64,000 nt of DNA from Nitrososphaerota archaeon (GCA_028867755.1 JAGWFT010000001.1:708727-772726), one strand, 5' to 3'. Counted from the first letter of the stretch, positions 37,702 to 47,541 are shown. The notes: generated from the sequence alone by a model not told the origin. Numbers and translations are program-made.

Positions 37702-38757
37702 ATGACAGATCTTTATCGTGTACTGCCAGAGGAGGTAGACAAGCTTGTAACAAGTATGGAGCAGCCGCGTTATCGAGCAGATCAGCTACTCCACATGCTG
37801 TACAATGAGTTTCCAAAGGACATATCTTCAATGCGCCAGCTTCCCGCAGAGATGAGAAATGCACTATCTACGGCAGGATACACAATTGGGTCTGCAGACG
37901 AAGTTCACCGTGTTGTAAGCGAGGATGGGCAGACAACAAAGCTTCTTCTCAAGCTAGGTGACGGAACTCTTATCGAGACAGTACTCATGCAATATCGCAA
38001 GAATAAGGGGCGTCCAAGATCAACTGTATGCGTCTCAACCCAGGTTGGCTGCCAGATGGGTTGCACATTCTGCGCTACCGGGCAGATGGGTTTTGAGCGA
38101 AATCTCAAGGCAGAAGAGATAGTCGCCCAAGTATTGCACTTTGCTTCTGTTCTCAGAGAACGGGGAGAGCATGTCACCAACCTTGTCTTTATGGGGATGG
38201 GGGAGCCCCTGGCAAATTATACAGAAACTATCAGGGCAGTCAAACTACTGACAAATGCACGTGCGTTTGGTCTTGGACAAAGACACATTACAATTTCAAC
38301 AGTCGGTGTCATGAAAGAAATAGATCGGCTTGCAGACGAAGACCTGCAGATAGGACTTGCAATCTCTCTTCATGCACCAAACGACGAGCTGCGTAGAAAA
38401 TTAGTACCAACTGCAGGACCGCATTCGGTAGGAGACTTGATCTCAGCTACGCGAAGCTATTTCAAGAAGACAGGTCGTCGTGTTACATTGGAATATGCCC
38501 TGATAAACGGTGTTAACGACTCACCAGAGATTGCAGCAGAACTTGCGACACTCTTGAAGGGAAATGGGGCTCATGTTAATCTCATACCGGTGAATCCAAC
38601 TGCTGGTGGTTTTCAACGTCCAAGATGGAAACGCATAACAGAATTCGAGCGAATACTAAGGGAATCTGATGTGAATTGTACTGTAAGGGTGGAAAAAGGG
38701 TCAGAGATCTCTGCCGCCTGCGGTCAACTAAGGACAGACACAGCAAAGAATCTCTAG
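37702..38757 (+). CDS. rlmN: RlmN/Cfr-family radical SAM RNA methyltransferase
   Basis: IETV, CVSTQVGC.MGC.FCATG, FMGMGEP, ISLHA, EY.LI.GVND, ISAACGQL. Confidence 0.93.
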   Translation: MTDLYRVLPEEVDKLVTSMEQPRYRADQLLHMLYNEFPKDISSMRQLPAEMRNALSTAGYTIGSADEVHRVVSEDGQTTKLLLKLGDGTLIETVLMQYRKNKGRPRSTVCVSTQVGCQMGCTFCATGQMGFERNLKAEEIVAQVLHFASVLRERGEHVTNLVFMGMGEPLANYTETIRAVKLLTNARAFGLGQRHITISTVGVMKEIDRLADEDLQIGLAISLHAPNDELRRKLVPTAGPHSVGDLISATRSYFKKTGRRVTLEYALINGVNDSPEIAAELATLLKGNGAHVNLIPVNPTAGGFQRPRWKRITEFERILRESDVNCTVRVEKGSEISAACGQLRTDTAKNL

Positions 38758-38873
38758 TCTATCCTACGATTTTTTCTGCACATAGATTATTGATATAATT
38801 ACGTTATGGCTTGCTCGAGGCCAGAGCAAGATGATATCAATGAGAATTTATTCTCCTCCATTCAAAACTAATC

Positions 38874-39155
38874 ATGCATAAAGATAGAGGAGTCTGTAAG
38901 GGTCTCTGTAAACAGTACAAGGTTAGAAAACCAAGAGATGGAACCAGCCGTTATTTGTCAGATCAGGTGAGATGTCAGATTTGTGGAATTTTTATGGCAA
39001 GGGAGGGATGCCACGATATCGAAGAAAAACCTGTGACTAGTGAAACCGTAGGCCTATATTGTAATTGTTGCAACTGCATGGTAAGATCAAAACCACGAAA
39101 CAAACCAGGCATGAAAAATCCTCAAAACGATTCACCAGAAAAATATCAAGAATAA
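38874..39155 (+). CDS. Small Cys-rich zinc-binding hypothetical protein
   Basis: CKGLC, RCQICGIFM, YCNCCNC. Confidence 0.7.
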   Translation: MHKDRGVCKGLCKQYKVRKPRDGTSRYLSDQVRCQICGIFMAREGCHDIEEKPVTSETVGLYCNCCNCMVRSKPRNKPGMKNPQNDSPEKYQE

Positions 39156-39230
39156 AGACATTCCAAATATTTTGATACTTAGATGTGAACTTGTTCTCCA
39201 AATTTATGTTGCCATTAATTTTTAGGTATC

Positions 39231-39506
39231 TCAAGTGGGACTACAGGTATAATTTGCATATTTTCCTTCCAACCCAGCAGCTCTTGATATGTGAGATTCT
39301 TGAGGATCGTTTAGTATTGCAAGATGACAAATTCCAACCCTATTGTTGCTGTCACGTAGATGATTGGTTAGTGCAATAGCTGCCTCCACTGACGAGCCTG
39401 CAGGATGTGCCTTTTCAAACAAGATGTGGCCTATTGCTTCAGGCACAACCATCATCAATATTACAAGTATAACAAACTTGTTAATTGATTTCTTATTGAT
39501 ATTCAT
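39231..39506 (-). CDS. Single-TM small protein, paralogue of 47846-48163
   Basis: ILV.LM...PE.IGH, CHL...ND, SRAAG..G.YA.Y.C shared with the paralogue. ATG at 39506. Confidence 0.75.
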   Translation of the reverse strand: MNINKKSINKFVILVILMMVVPEAIGHILFEKAHPAGSSVEAAIALTNHLRDSNNRVGICHLAILNDPQESHISRAAGLEGKYANYTCSPT

Positions 39507-39562
39507 GTATCTATTATAACAATATGTTTTGATATTGTAGCCGGAAGTAAATTCAAAAGAGA

Positions 39563-39631
39563 ATTTCCAATACGGAAATAAAAATGACAAGAAATTGCCA
39601 AAATATTGTTTGAAATTTCCGATTCGGAAAT
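39563..39631. promoter_or_regulatory. Two palindromic operators ATTTCC-N5-GGAAAT
   Basis: atttccaatacggaaat (39563-39579) and atttccgattcggaaat (39615-39631) in a divergent intergenic region. Confidence 0.65.
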
Positions 39632-39661
39632 CCATATTACCAGCACTGCACAATTACAGAC

Positions 39662-40657
39662 ATGTTGGACGAAATTGACAAGATAATCCTTTCACAGCTT
39701 GGGAAAAATTCCAGAACCTCATCACAAGAAATAGCCCACACGTTACAAGAAATTGGCTTTACAATTACTGATAGGGCAATAAGGCAGCGCCTCTCAAGAC
39801 TTGACAAGAAGAAAGTAATTCTTGGATATTCTGTCATATTAAACCCAAATCTAGTATCAGAAAGAATTAACAGGACAATCCTGATCAAATTTAAATTTTC
39901 AAAGAATCAGCACGATTCAACTGAACGACTTGCCGAATATTTGAATTTGTCACCGTATTGTATTTACGCTGCAAGGTTAAGCGGTGACTTTGATTGGATT
40001 TGCCATTTTGTTTTTTCATCAACAGAACAGTATGATCTTGAAACGAATAACCTTTTGAACAGATTTTCAGATCTAATTGCAGATTTTAGATCGTACGAAT
40101 CAAAGGCAATCAAGTCGTTACCTTATGCGTTATCAAATGAACATTTGCTACATGACAGAAAGCTTCAGGTTTATTCAATTCTAAATTCAATAAAAAAATA
40201 TGATAATCTCAAGGACAGACTTTCGTCCATCGCAGAGAGTCTGGTAAAATATTTTGATGCTAAATTTGCAAGAATTTGGTTTTACGACAAGAAATCAAAA
40301 TCCCTAGTTTTAAAATACAGCGCAGGAAAGTACAAAAACACAGAGGGCGAATTCTCGAAAATACCATTAAACTCCCAAAAGATTGGATATGTTGCAAGGA
40401 CCAAAAAGCCTGCAGTTTCAAACGATATTGCTCATGATCCTAGAATAAAATACCATGAATGGGCAAAAAAGGAAAAACTCAAATCATTTGCAGGATATCC
40501 ACTGCTTTACAAGGGTAATGTGGTGGCAGTTTTAGCCATGTTTTCCGAGAAAGTTCTCTCGCCTACCGATTTTGAGGTTTTGGGTATGTTCTCAGAGGAG
40601 ATATCAAAGGAACTTTCCGGGTTTTTTGAGGCAGAAGAATTTCTGAAACGTACATGA
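39662..40657 (+). CDS. Lrp/AsnC-family regulator fused to a GAF domain
   Basis: N-terminal LDEIDK.IL..L..NSR HTH, RAM-like region, C-terminal GAF (NDIAHDPR, SFAGYPL..G.VVAVLAMFS). Confidence 0.85.
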   Translation: MLDEIDKIILSQLGKNSRTSSQEIAHTLQEIGFTITDRAIRQRLSRLDKKKVILGYSVILNPNLVSERINRTILIKFKFSKNQHDSTERLAEYLNLSPYCIYAARLSGDFDWICHFVFSSTEQYDLETNNLLNRFSDLIADFRSYESKAIKSLPYALSNEHLLHDRKLQVYSILNSIKKYDNLKDRLSSIAESLVKYFDAKFARIWFYDKKSKSLVLKYSAGKYKNTEGEFSKIPLNSQKIGYVARTKKPAVSNDIAHDPRIKYHEWAKKEKLKSFAGYPLLYKGNVVAVLAMFSEKVLSPTDFEVLGMFSEEISKELSGFFEAEEFLKRT

Positions 40658-40718
40658 CAGTTGGACTTGTAGACTGACAAGTGTCTGAAAATCCTCTTTC
40701 ACCAGTAAACTTTATCAT

Positions 40719-41120
40719 TTGCCAACGATATTACCTTGCACGGATTACAAATCTCTCTTCGATAAGGTTGTAGCAATAGACCCAAAGATTCGCTTTGTGA
40801 CAATATTTGATATGAGTGGAAAGATAATGTTCAGCGAACATCGCAAGGGGGTAGAAAATATTCTCACCTCAGAAGAAAGCCAAAAATCACTCCAGCTTGC
40901 AATAACTGCTTGGAAGTCAAGAAACGAAGTATCAAACAAGATAGGCAAAGGCAAGTATGCACTTGTAGAATATGAAAAGATAAAACGAATCACAATGCCG
41001 CTTGATTCAGATCACATCTTGTATATTACAACTGATGTTGAAGCTGATCATGGACCAATAATTTACAGAGCCTTGCGATTAAAGCAAGATGCGTTACATA
41101 ACCCAGAAGGAATGCCATAA
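40719..41120 (+). CDS. Thaumarchaeal roadblock/profilin-like protein (DUF6659-like)
   Basis: DPKIRFVTI.D..G, IGKGKYALVEYEKIKRITMPL. Confidence 0.75.
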   Translation: MPTILPCTDYKSLFDKVVAIDPKIRFVTIFDMSGKIMFSEHRKGVENILTSEESQKSLQLAITAWKSRNEVSNKIGKGKYALVEYEKIKRITMPLDSDHILYITTDVEADHGPIIYRALRLKQDALHNPEGMP

Positions 41121-41196
41121 AAGACAAACAATTACAATTTTGTCAATTTAGTTTTTATATTGCCTGTAGCGCCAAAACAGAAAACTGGCATGTGAC

Positions 41197-41382
41197 TTAG
41201 TGTTTTGTCAGATTATAGTTTGCAGCCTTTTGCAAGATATTTTTTATTATCGGATCTGTTGCATTTTGTACATTATCACGAATCTGAGCAATCTTGTCAA
41301 AATAGGTACCTGCTTGAGTAAAATGAAAAAATGCAATTAGAAAAAGTGCTACTGCACATATGATTATTATCTTGCCAATCAT
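41197..41382 (-). CDS. Small single-TM hypothetical protein
   Basis: N-terminal hydrophobic helix. Confidence 0.55.
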   Translation of the reverse strand: MIGKIIIICAVALFLIAFFHFTQAGTYFDKIAQIRDNVQNATDPIIKNILQKAANYNLTKH

Positions 41383-41895
41383 AGTATGACTCTATCATGT
41401 GTTCTTTTTACCTATATGGTAAGGATGTTTACATTCTAATGTTAAAATTTTAAATGACATTTCTTGGCTTTCAATTACACATTATATTAGATCTTTCTGT
41501 ATTAGAAAAATAAAGCGTATTTTTTACTCAAAAATCCATGTAAAGTCTTATTGTTTGTACCCAAACCTAAACTACTGAATGGAAACTGTAGGGCTAAGAG
41601 TTGGGGGGAAGGGCACATTTCCCAATAGAGTATATGGCACCTACAGTTCCCAGACAAAAGTAACTCCAAAATTAATTAATACTTGTGTACTTTTGTTCAT
41701 GAACAATGTTTTCTGTTCCGATCCAGATGTCACAATTGTACAAAATTATAAAACATGACAAGATGCTTGTAAAAGCAGATCAAGATCAAAATGAACTGTT
41801 ATAGTTTAGTTGCAACTGATTGCAGAAAACTAAATGAAAATCTTATGATATATCAATATGGAAAATAAAAAAAGAGAAAAAAGTGGTCTGAATTT

Positions 41896-42429
41896 CTATT
41901 CTTGAAATCCACTTGGGGTTGTTCCGCTAGGAGCTGTGCTGTTCTGTGGTTTTTGCCACATTCCCATATGTCCACCCATCATAGGCCCATGCATCATCAT
42001 TCCACGATGACCGCCGCCCATGCTGCTCATGCCTCCAAATATGGAAGATGCAGTTAATGGATGCCCCTGTGATTTGTAAAGTACACTGCCGTTTCCGGAA
42101 TCTACTATTACAGAGTAAACAGTTTTGCCGTCTGTTACCTTGAAGGCATAGACTGCATAGTCCTGTTTTACAACAAGACTTCCAGACAACACTTGTCCTC
42201 CAGTTACCTGACTTGCAGCAGTATCTGCAGCAGTGGTAAAGCTGGTCTTTATGCTAGATAAAAGCAACTGCGAAAGATTGACTGAACCAGATATCTGTGG
42301 TGCTTGAGTGGTACCAGCGCCTGGTGCGATCTGTGCATACGCCATTGAACCTCCTACTGTGGCAATCACTGTCACACCAAGAATCATGGCAAGCAACTTT
42401 CGATGTGCCTTTATGTCCTGTATGTTCAT
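41896..42429 (-). CDS. Secreted PepSY-like protein with Met/His/Gly-rich tail
   Basis: Signal peptide; AA..A...V.GG......L......VY...V.....V.VD...G.VL; tail GGHRGMMMHGPMMGGHMGM. Confidence 0.75.
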   Translation of the reverse strand: MNIQDIKAHRKLLAMILGVTVIATVGGSMAYAQIAPGAGTTQAPQISGSVNLSQLLLSSIKTSFTTAADTAASQVTGGQVLSGSLVVKQDYAVYAFKVTDGKTVYSVIVDSGNGSVLYKSQGHPLTASSIFGGMSSMGGGHRGMMMHGPMMGGHMGMWQKPQNSTAPSGTTPSGFQE

Positions 42430-42471
42430 TGTACCATAACGTTCGGTATTCTGTTTATAATGGATTGTGAC

Positions 42472-42491
42472 ACCTTGTTAAGGAACAAGGT
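42472..42491. promoter_or_regulatory. Palindromic operator between the PepSY-like and TPR genes
   Basis: accttgtt-aagg-aacaaggt, perfect 8-bp arms. Confidence 0.45.
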
Positions 42492-42565
42492 TACTTGTCT
42501 CTTACGTTCTTCAATCGTATATTTTCTCTTGGCGTTAAAATAAGGCATATTGTACCTACTCCATC

Positions 42566-42955
42566 ATGGAAGATGCAGACTCGTGGTACAAGCAAGGCAA
42601 TGACATGATGATGCAGGAAAAAAATGAGGATGCCATACTTGCATATGACAAAGCGCTTAATCTAAACCCGTCTCATGCCAGTGCTTGGAATAACAGGGGC
42701 ATTGCCATGTTTCGATTGAAACTATACCAAGATGCAATTGATTGCTACGACAAGGTAATTGAGCTAAACCCAAACCATGCAAACGCATGGTACAACAAGG
42801 CAAAGGCACTGCGAGGCCTAGGACAGTCAGTTCTTGACAAAGCAAACGAGGATCGTGTTGCTGCAGCAAAAATAATTAACCAATCACTTGCAATATTTGA
42901 TTCTGCAGAAAAATGTTATGATAAGGGAGAAATTCTTTCAGGTGAGAAAACATAA
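42566..42955 (+). CDS. Tetratricopeptide repeat protein
   Basis: AWNNRG...A..CYDK.IELNP.HA.AWYNK. Confidence 0.9.
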   Translation: MEDADSWYKQGNDMMMQEKNEDAILAYDKALNLNPSHASAWNNRGIAMFRLKLYQDAIDCYDKVIELNPNHANAWYNKAKALRGLGQSVLDKANEDRVAAAKIINQSLAIFDSAEKCYDKGEILSGEKT

Positions 42956-42967
42956 ATTGAATTTTTT

Positions 42968-43282
42968 TTACTGGCCAACAACCTTGAAGATTGCTTCTCT
43001 TATCTCAGCTGATCTTTCAAAGAGTGTCTTGGCTATCTCATCTATCTCGCCACCACTTGGTTTTTTGCCGGAATGAACTACAAAATAATATGTTTCAAAC
43101 TTGCCAACTATAGAACCATGTGTATATCCGTAGACATATTCTGACTCGTCTTTTATCTGGAAAATTCCGCTAAACTCTGGCATACGAAGATTTGATATTA
43201 TGCCAGGGATCTTACCTATCTCTTCGTCTATCATTGTCTTAAGCACAGTTCTATCTTTCTCTTTTAGTGCCACGCTTGTCAA
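42968..43282 (-). CDS. Hypothetical protein
   Basis: ORF with coding-like composition. Confidence 0.65.
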   Translation of the reverse strand: MTSVALKEKDRTVLKTMIDEEIGKIPGIISNLRMPEFSGIFQIKDESEYVYGYTHGSIVGKFETYYFVVHSGKKPSGGEIDEIAKTLFERSAEIREAIFKVVGQ

Positions 43283-43394
43283 GTAAAGGTGAGCTCCATA
43301 AAAATAGTGATATCAGGCACAACCTGTTTAGGTTGAATTGTTACAAAATGCATCAACTTTTAAAACACCGCCATACAAAATTAAAATAACCAAA

Positions 43395-44012
43395 ATGGAA
43401 GCATTAATTCTTGGATTCTTAAATGCAATATATCTACAGATACCTGGTCTAGGTCAAAGCCAGCTTGGCAGTGTCAATCCATGGATAAAAGGCGTAATTC
43501 CATCGGCATTTGGAATCATGGGTATCGCAATAATGCTAAACCTACTCAACGCAGGAATAAGAAAAAAGATGGTAGACCAAGACAAGCTGAAAAGGCTGAT
43601 GAGAGAGACAAGGTCTTGGCAAAAAGACAGGATGGCTGCATTTAGGTCAAAGGATCAAGAAAAGATTGATCAGCTAAACAAAAAATCTCCGTACATGAAC
43701 AAGCTAAATATGGAAATAATGCAGCTTAACATGAGACCGATGGCTCTGACGTTTGTCCCATTCTTACTTGTCTTCTATTTCCTACTGCCTCACATGTTCT
43801 CATACACTGTAGCAGAATCGCCAATCCCACTTAACGTATTTCCAGGAAACTTTTTCCACCTTACATGTTCCGCAGACGATGTAAAAAATGAGGCCAAAAC
43901 CCACTGTGCACACGAAAATGACATGTATTTCTGGGGCTGGTACTTCCTATCGTCTATTTCCATGAGCGGAATAATAATGCGAGTAACAAAGACATCGGCA
44001 AACCTTGACTGA
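43395..44012 (+). CDS. EMC3/TMCO1 (DUF106) family membrane protein
   Basis: TM - coiled coil (VDQDKLKRLM...) - MRPM..TFVP.L - C-terminal W.WYFLSS; Oxa1-superfamily layout. Confidence 0.85.
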   Translation: MEALILGFLNAIYLQIPGLGQSQLGSVNPWIKGVIPSAFGIMGIAIMLNLLNAGIRKKMVDQDKLKRLMRETRSWQKDRMAAFRSKDQEKIDQLNKKSPYMNKLNMEIMQLNMRPMALTFVPFLLVFYFLLPHMFSYTVAESPIPLNVFPGNFFHLTCSADDVKNEAKTHCAHENDMYFWGWYFLSSISMSGIIMRVTKTSANLD

Positions 44013-44143
44013 TCTAGGTTATCTTGTACTATCTTTGTAACAAAAATACCAATTAACTAACAGAATAGATTTTTACATCCACAAGCAGTATCCAAGAAAT
44101 TTAAAGAATCCATTAAATGCTAGACCATATCATCTCTTGATCA

Positions 44144-44659
44144 TTGAGCAACGATGTGTTAAAAGACAAGATTAAGAGATGGCTTGAGAATGAAGACTTT
44201 GCAGTCTCTGAGAGACCTGAAGATGTCTCTGACTTTCACCTTGTCATTTCCAATCTTCACGGAAAAGGAACATTCGCAGACATTGTAAAGCTAAAAAACA
44301 AGGATTTTGTAATACTAGGAAGCGCGTTGCAAAACCCGCCAGAATTTTTACAACTGCTTTCTACCATGACAGAAAAAGAAAGGTCTGATTTCTTTAACCA
44401 AATTCAAAGAGAATTATTAAAGTTTAGAGTTGATCATGAATTTCATCCAAACAAACTCATGCCAGAACGTATGATAGTAAGGGACACTGTTTATGAGGAA
44501 GATATCACAAGAACTATTTTTATGGAACATCTCAAGAGGGTAAAGTTTGCATCTCTGTTTCTACTCTGGTCAATTGGACACAAGTTTTCACCTGATTCAA
44601 TACAGTCTTCTACACCACATCCATCATCAACATCAAGTTCTCGGCCACCTTATGGTTAG
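44144..44659 (+). CDS. DUF2299-like protein
   Basis: IK.WL.NE...V......DFH; archaeal family resemblance. Confidence 0.65.
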   Translation: MSNDVLKDKIKRWLENEDFAVSERPEDVSDFHLVISNLHGKGTFADIVKLKNKDFVILGSALQNPPEFLQLLSTMTEKERSDFFNQIQRELLKFRVDHEFHPNKLMPERMIVRDTVYEEDITRTIFMEHLKRVKFASLFLLWSIGHKFSPDSIQSSTPHPSSTSSSRPPYG

Positions 44660-44991
44660 GTATCTATCTGTTTTTTGATACAGTTATCATATCTTTGAGA
44701 GGCGTCACGATATGACTCTTCTGCAGCAATTACTGCAGTATCTGCCTGAACCTTGCTTGCAGCAGCATCATGGAGTTCAAAAAATCCCTTTTCTGAATTG
44801 TCTTCTAGCGAATTTACTATCTCGCCAGCACTTGCAGTAACAAGTCTTACCAATCCTGATGCAATCAAGTGGTTTTGTGCACTTGCAAGAGCATTGGCAA
44901 ATGCAAAATCAGAACTTTCTTGTTGATAGTATAGTTCATGGAGTCTCTCGGTAGACTTGATTAATGTATTATATTCGTCCTCGCAGTCCAT
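44656..44991 (-). CDS. Helical hypothetical protein
   Basis: Ala-rich ORF convergent with the neighbouring gene. Confidence 0.55.
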   Translation of the reverse strand: MDCEDEYNTLIKSTERLHELYYQQESSDFAFANALASAQNHLIASGLVRLVTASAGEIVNSLEDNSEKGFFELHDAAASKVQADTAVIAAEESYRDASQRYDNCIKKQIDT

Positions 44992-45320
44992 CTTTAACCA
45001 ATATCGATAAACTGGTTCTTATCTTTTGATTCCTTGATACAAAAACATCAATGGTGACTGTCTAAGTAAATTTGCTTTTTTTGACCTGATGGATATAGAT
45101 TCATCAATTTATTGCTTAAATAGAAAATTTACGAGTAATGCCTGAAATGCCATACGAAGAAATCTACTTTCAAAGGCTAAAAGAAGAAGATCCAGAAGAA
45201 TATGTGAACATATCAAGTCAGTAAAAGACGTACTGGACTTGATACGCACTGAATTTTATTCTATTTTCCTAAATGGGTTAAAATATGGATTAAAGTCATA
45301 GCGACTAGAGGCCTGCAAGA

Positions 45321-45899
45321 ATGACCAAGAAAATAAACAACGATCAAAACAAAAAGACATCTGACAAAAAAATACCCGACAGCACGGGATCAAAGCACAA
45401 AAACAAACTAATTGCAATAGGTGTTATCGCAGCAATAGTTGTAGGAGTTGCATACTATCTTCACCAGTCAGACAATACCGTAGATGTCAATTTTCAAGCA
45501 GTGGATGGGATTCCTTGTGAGACACAAGAATATACCACTTATCACGTGCACGCACATCTTGATGTTTTTGTTAATGGTCAACACATAACAGTGCCTCAAT
45601 ACATTGGAATCATGGATAATACGTGTCTATACTGGCTTCACACTCATACGCCAGACGGCATAATGCATATCGAGTCCCCACAACAAACAGATTTTAGCTT
45701 GTCACAATTTCTTGATGTATGGAAAAAGACAAGCACAGGTGCACCTCCTGATGGAGAACCAATAATTTTTGTCAACGGACAAGAAGTATCTACCAATCTA
45801 AACAGTACAAAGCTCAATGCACATGATGAGATAGCAATTGTATATGGTTCCACACCTCCTAACATCCCGTCATTCTATCAATTTCCAGAAGGACTATAG
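45321..45899 (+). CDS. Membrane-anchored His-motif protein
   Basis: N-terminal TM; YHVHAHL, YWLHTHT.DG.MHIESP, L..F...W. Confidence 0.8.
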   Translation: MTKKINNDQNKKTSDKKIPDSTGSKHKNKLIAIGVIAAIVVGVAYYLHQSDNTVDVNFQAVDGIPCETQEYTTYHVHAHLDVFVNGQHITVPQYIGIMDNTCLYWLHTHTPDGIMHIESPQQTDFSLSQFLDVWKKTSTGAPPDGEPIIFVNGQEVSTNLNSTKLNAHDEIAIVYGSTPPNIPSFYQFPEGL

Positions 45900-46137
45900 T
45901 CTAATCTGAGATTTATCTTAATACAATAAAAATACTGTTTTGGACAAGATGTCAGAATAATAGATACATGAAAAACTAGACTTTATTTTCTTGTTCCTTT
46001 TTCAAATCCGCATCTTGTACACACAAATTTTTTTCCTATGTCAAAAAAAGGTCCATTACATTTTGAACATTTTTTCATTTTTTATCGTTTAATCAACCAA
46101 AATAAAAAGTTTAGAGTGTGATACTAAATATAGCATC

Positions 46138-46485
46138 TCAACCCATATTTACAAGATCTTTTGTTACTGTAACCCCTTGATCATTAGTAACTGTTACCAT
46201 CTTTGCTGAAGCAGGAGGCGATAACATCACTTTATCTCCTGGGTTTAGTATGGGGAGGCTGTCTGAGCTTGTTCCATAATCTGCCTTGATGTTGGTAAGG
46301 GGTGACGAACCTGTGTTGATTACATATAGGCGTATCACAGAACCTGTTCCCATGACCATTTCAGTGCTGGGATTAACAGATAATCCATACTGTGGTGTAT
46401 TTGCATGTACCACAAAAAGGACAACAATGGCAATTGCTACTGCTGCGCCTCCTCCGATTCCTCCATAAATCAATGTTTTTGACAT
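46138..46485 (-). CDS. Membrane-anchored small beta-rich protein
   Basis: N-terminal TM; V.NTG..PL.NI. Confidence 0.65.
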   Translation of the reverse strand: MSKTLIYGGIGGGAAVAIAIVVLFVVHANTPQYGLSVNPSTEMVMGTGSVIRLYVINTGSSPLTNIKADYGTSSDSLPILNPGDKVMLSPPASAKMVTVTNDQGVTVTKDLVNMG

Positions 46486-46605
46486 TTGAATCGTCGATAA
46501 CTTGGATGGTAATTTAAGGATGATGTCTGTAGATTAAAAATAACTCGAGCAATTCTAAAAAAACTCGGTTGGGCTCTATATAATTATTTTATTGCAAATA
46601 TTATG

Positions 46606-47541
46606 TTATGATGACTTTCGTGTTTTTTTCTGTTTTTTCTTTTTATTCTTATAATGCCACAAAAACATCATAAAACCTATTACGCTTGATACAATGGTTC
46701 CAACTCCAACAACTGGCGCAATGAAGAACTGTCCGACCCAAATCCCATTTGCATCTCCAATCTCAAGCATGCCACGCTGTCTGGCATAGACATTAAACGA
46801 GTTATCTATGGGGTATGTTTTACCGCTATCGTCAGAGTATGTACCGTTTACGTGAATAATTGCCTGTGTGGGGTTTCCCAACTCCTTTTGTGTCTGTACA
46901 ATAAATTCAAAATCTAATGATTTGCCAGCGTCAAGGTTGGTTAAATCAAGGGATTTTTTTCCTGCAAGTTGCAGTTCAGATGAATATGTAGAAAGTTCTA
47001 TGTTGTGGGCATTTGCGCCTTGGTTTGCTATGGTACCCTTGATAGAAAAGGGCTCTCCTGCAAAAACATCACTTGGAGTTTGGAGGTTGATAGATAGGGA
47101 AGGCCTTGATGCAACAAAGAACTGGGTTGTCTGAGTTACAGTGTGCCTTACAGGCTGCGAGTCAAAAAGCCCCCTGACAAAATAATCCATTTCTACGTTT
47201 GCAACAAAATTTCCGTCAGGGACACCATTTTTTACCGTTGCATTAAAGTCATTTCCAAAAGTAGAATCCTTCCCAATCTTGTCAAGATGAAAACTATTTT
47301 GTTGTATCTGTAGCTCTGGACAGGCTATGGTAACTGTTATGTTTGATATCTGATCAACAGTAGCCTTGACCACAGAAGATAATACAAATTGTTTTCCATC
47401 CATGATTATGTCTGGATAGTTCAGGCTTAGCTGTAGATTTGGATCCGTTATGTTATTCTGAGTGGCATATGTAGGAATGAACAGTACTGATGAAAAAACA
47501 ACCAAAAAACAATATTTTGCAAAACTATGCCAGACTTCCAT
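46606..47541 (-). CDS. Secreted S-layer/CARDB-like Ig-domain protein with C-terminal TM anchor
   Basis: Signal peptide, two beta domains (I.N.G..A.NI), C-terminal TM and Lys-rich tail. Confidence 0.75.
   Translation of the reverse strand: MEVWHSFAKYCFLVVFSSVLFIPTYATQNNITDPNLQLSLNYPDIIMDGKQFVLSSVVKATVDQISNITVTIACPELQIQQNSFHLDKIGKDSTFGNDFNATVKNGVPDGNFVANVEMDYFVRGLFDSQPVRHTVTQTTQFFVASRPSLSINLQTPSDVFAGEPFSIKGTIANQGANAHNIELSTYSSELQLAGKKSLDLTNLDAGKSLDFEFIVQTQKELGNPTQAIIHVNGTYSDDSGKTYPIDNSFNVYARQRGMLEIGDANGIWVGQFFIAPVVGVGTIVSSVIGFMMFLWHYKNKKKKQKKTRKSS

Noticed and set aside
36816-38757. Repeat protein as a RiPP precursor modified by the adjacent radical SAM enzyme
   Set aside because: The enzyme has full RlmN/Cfr RNA-methylase motifs, is separated by a hairpin and about 230 bp, and no peptidase or exporter is adjacent. 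Proximity alone is insufficient.
45138-45224. 28-aa ORF MPEMPYEEIYFQRLKEEDPEEYVNISSQ
   Set aside because: Possible micro-protein, but with no motif or other support.
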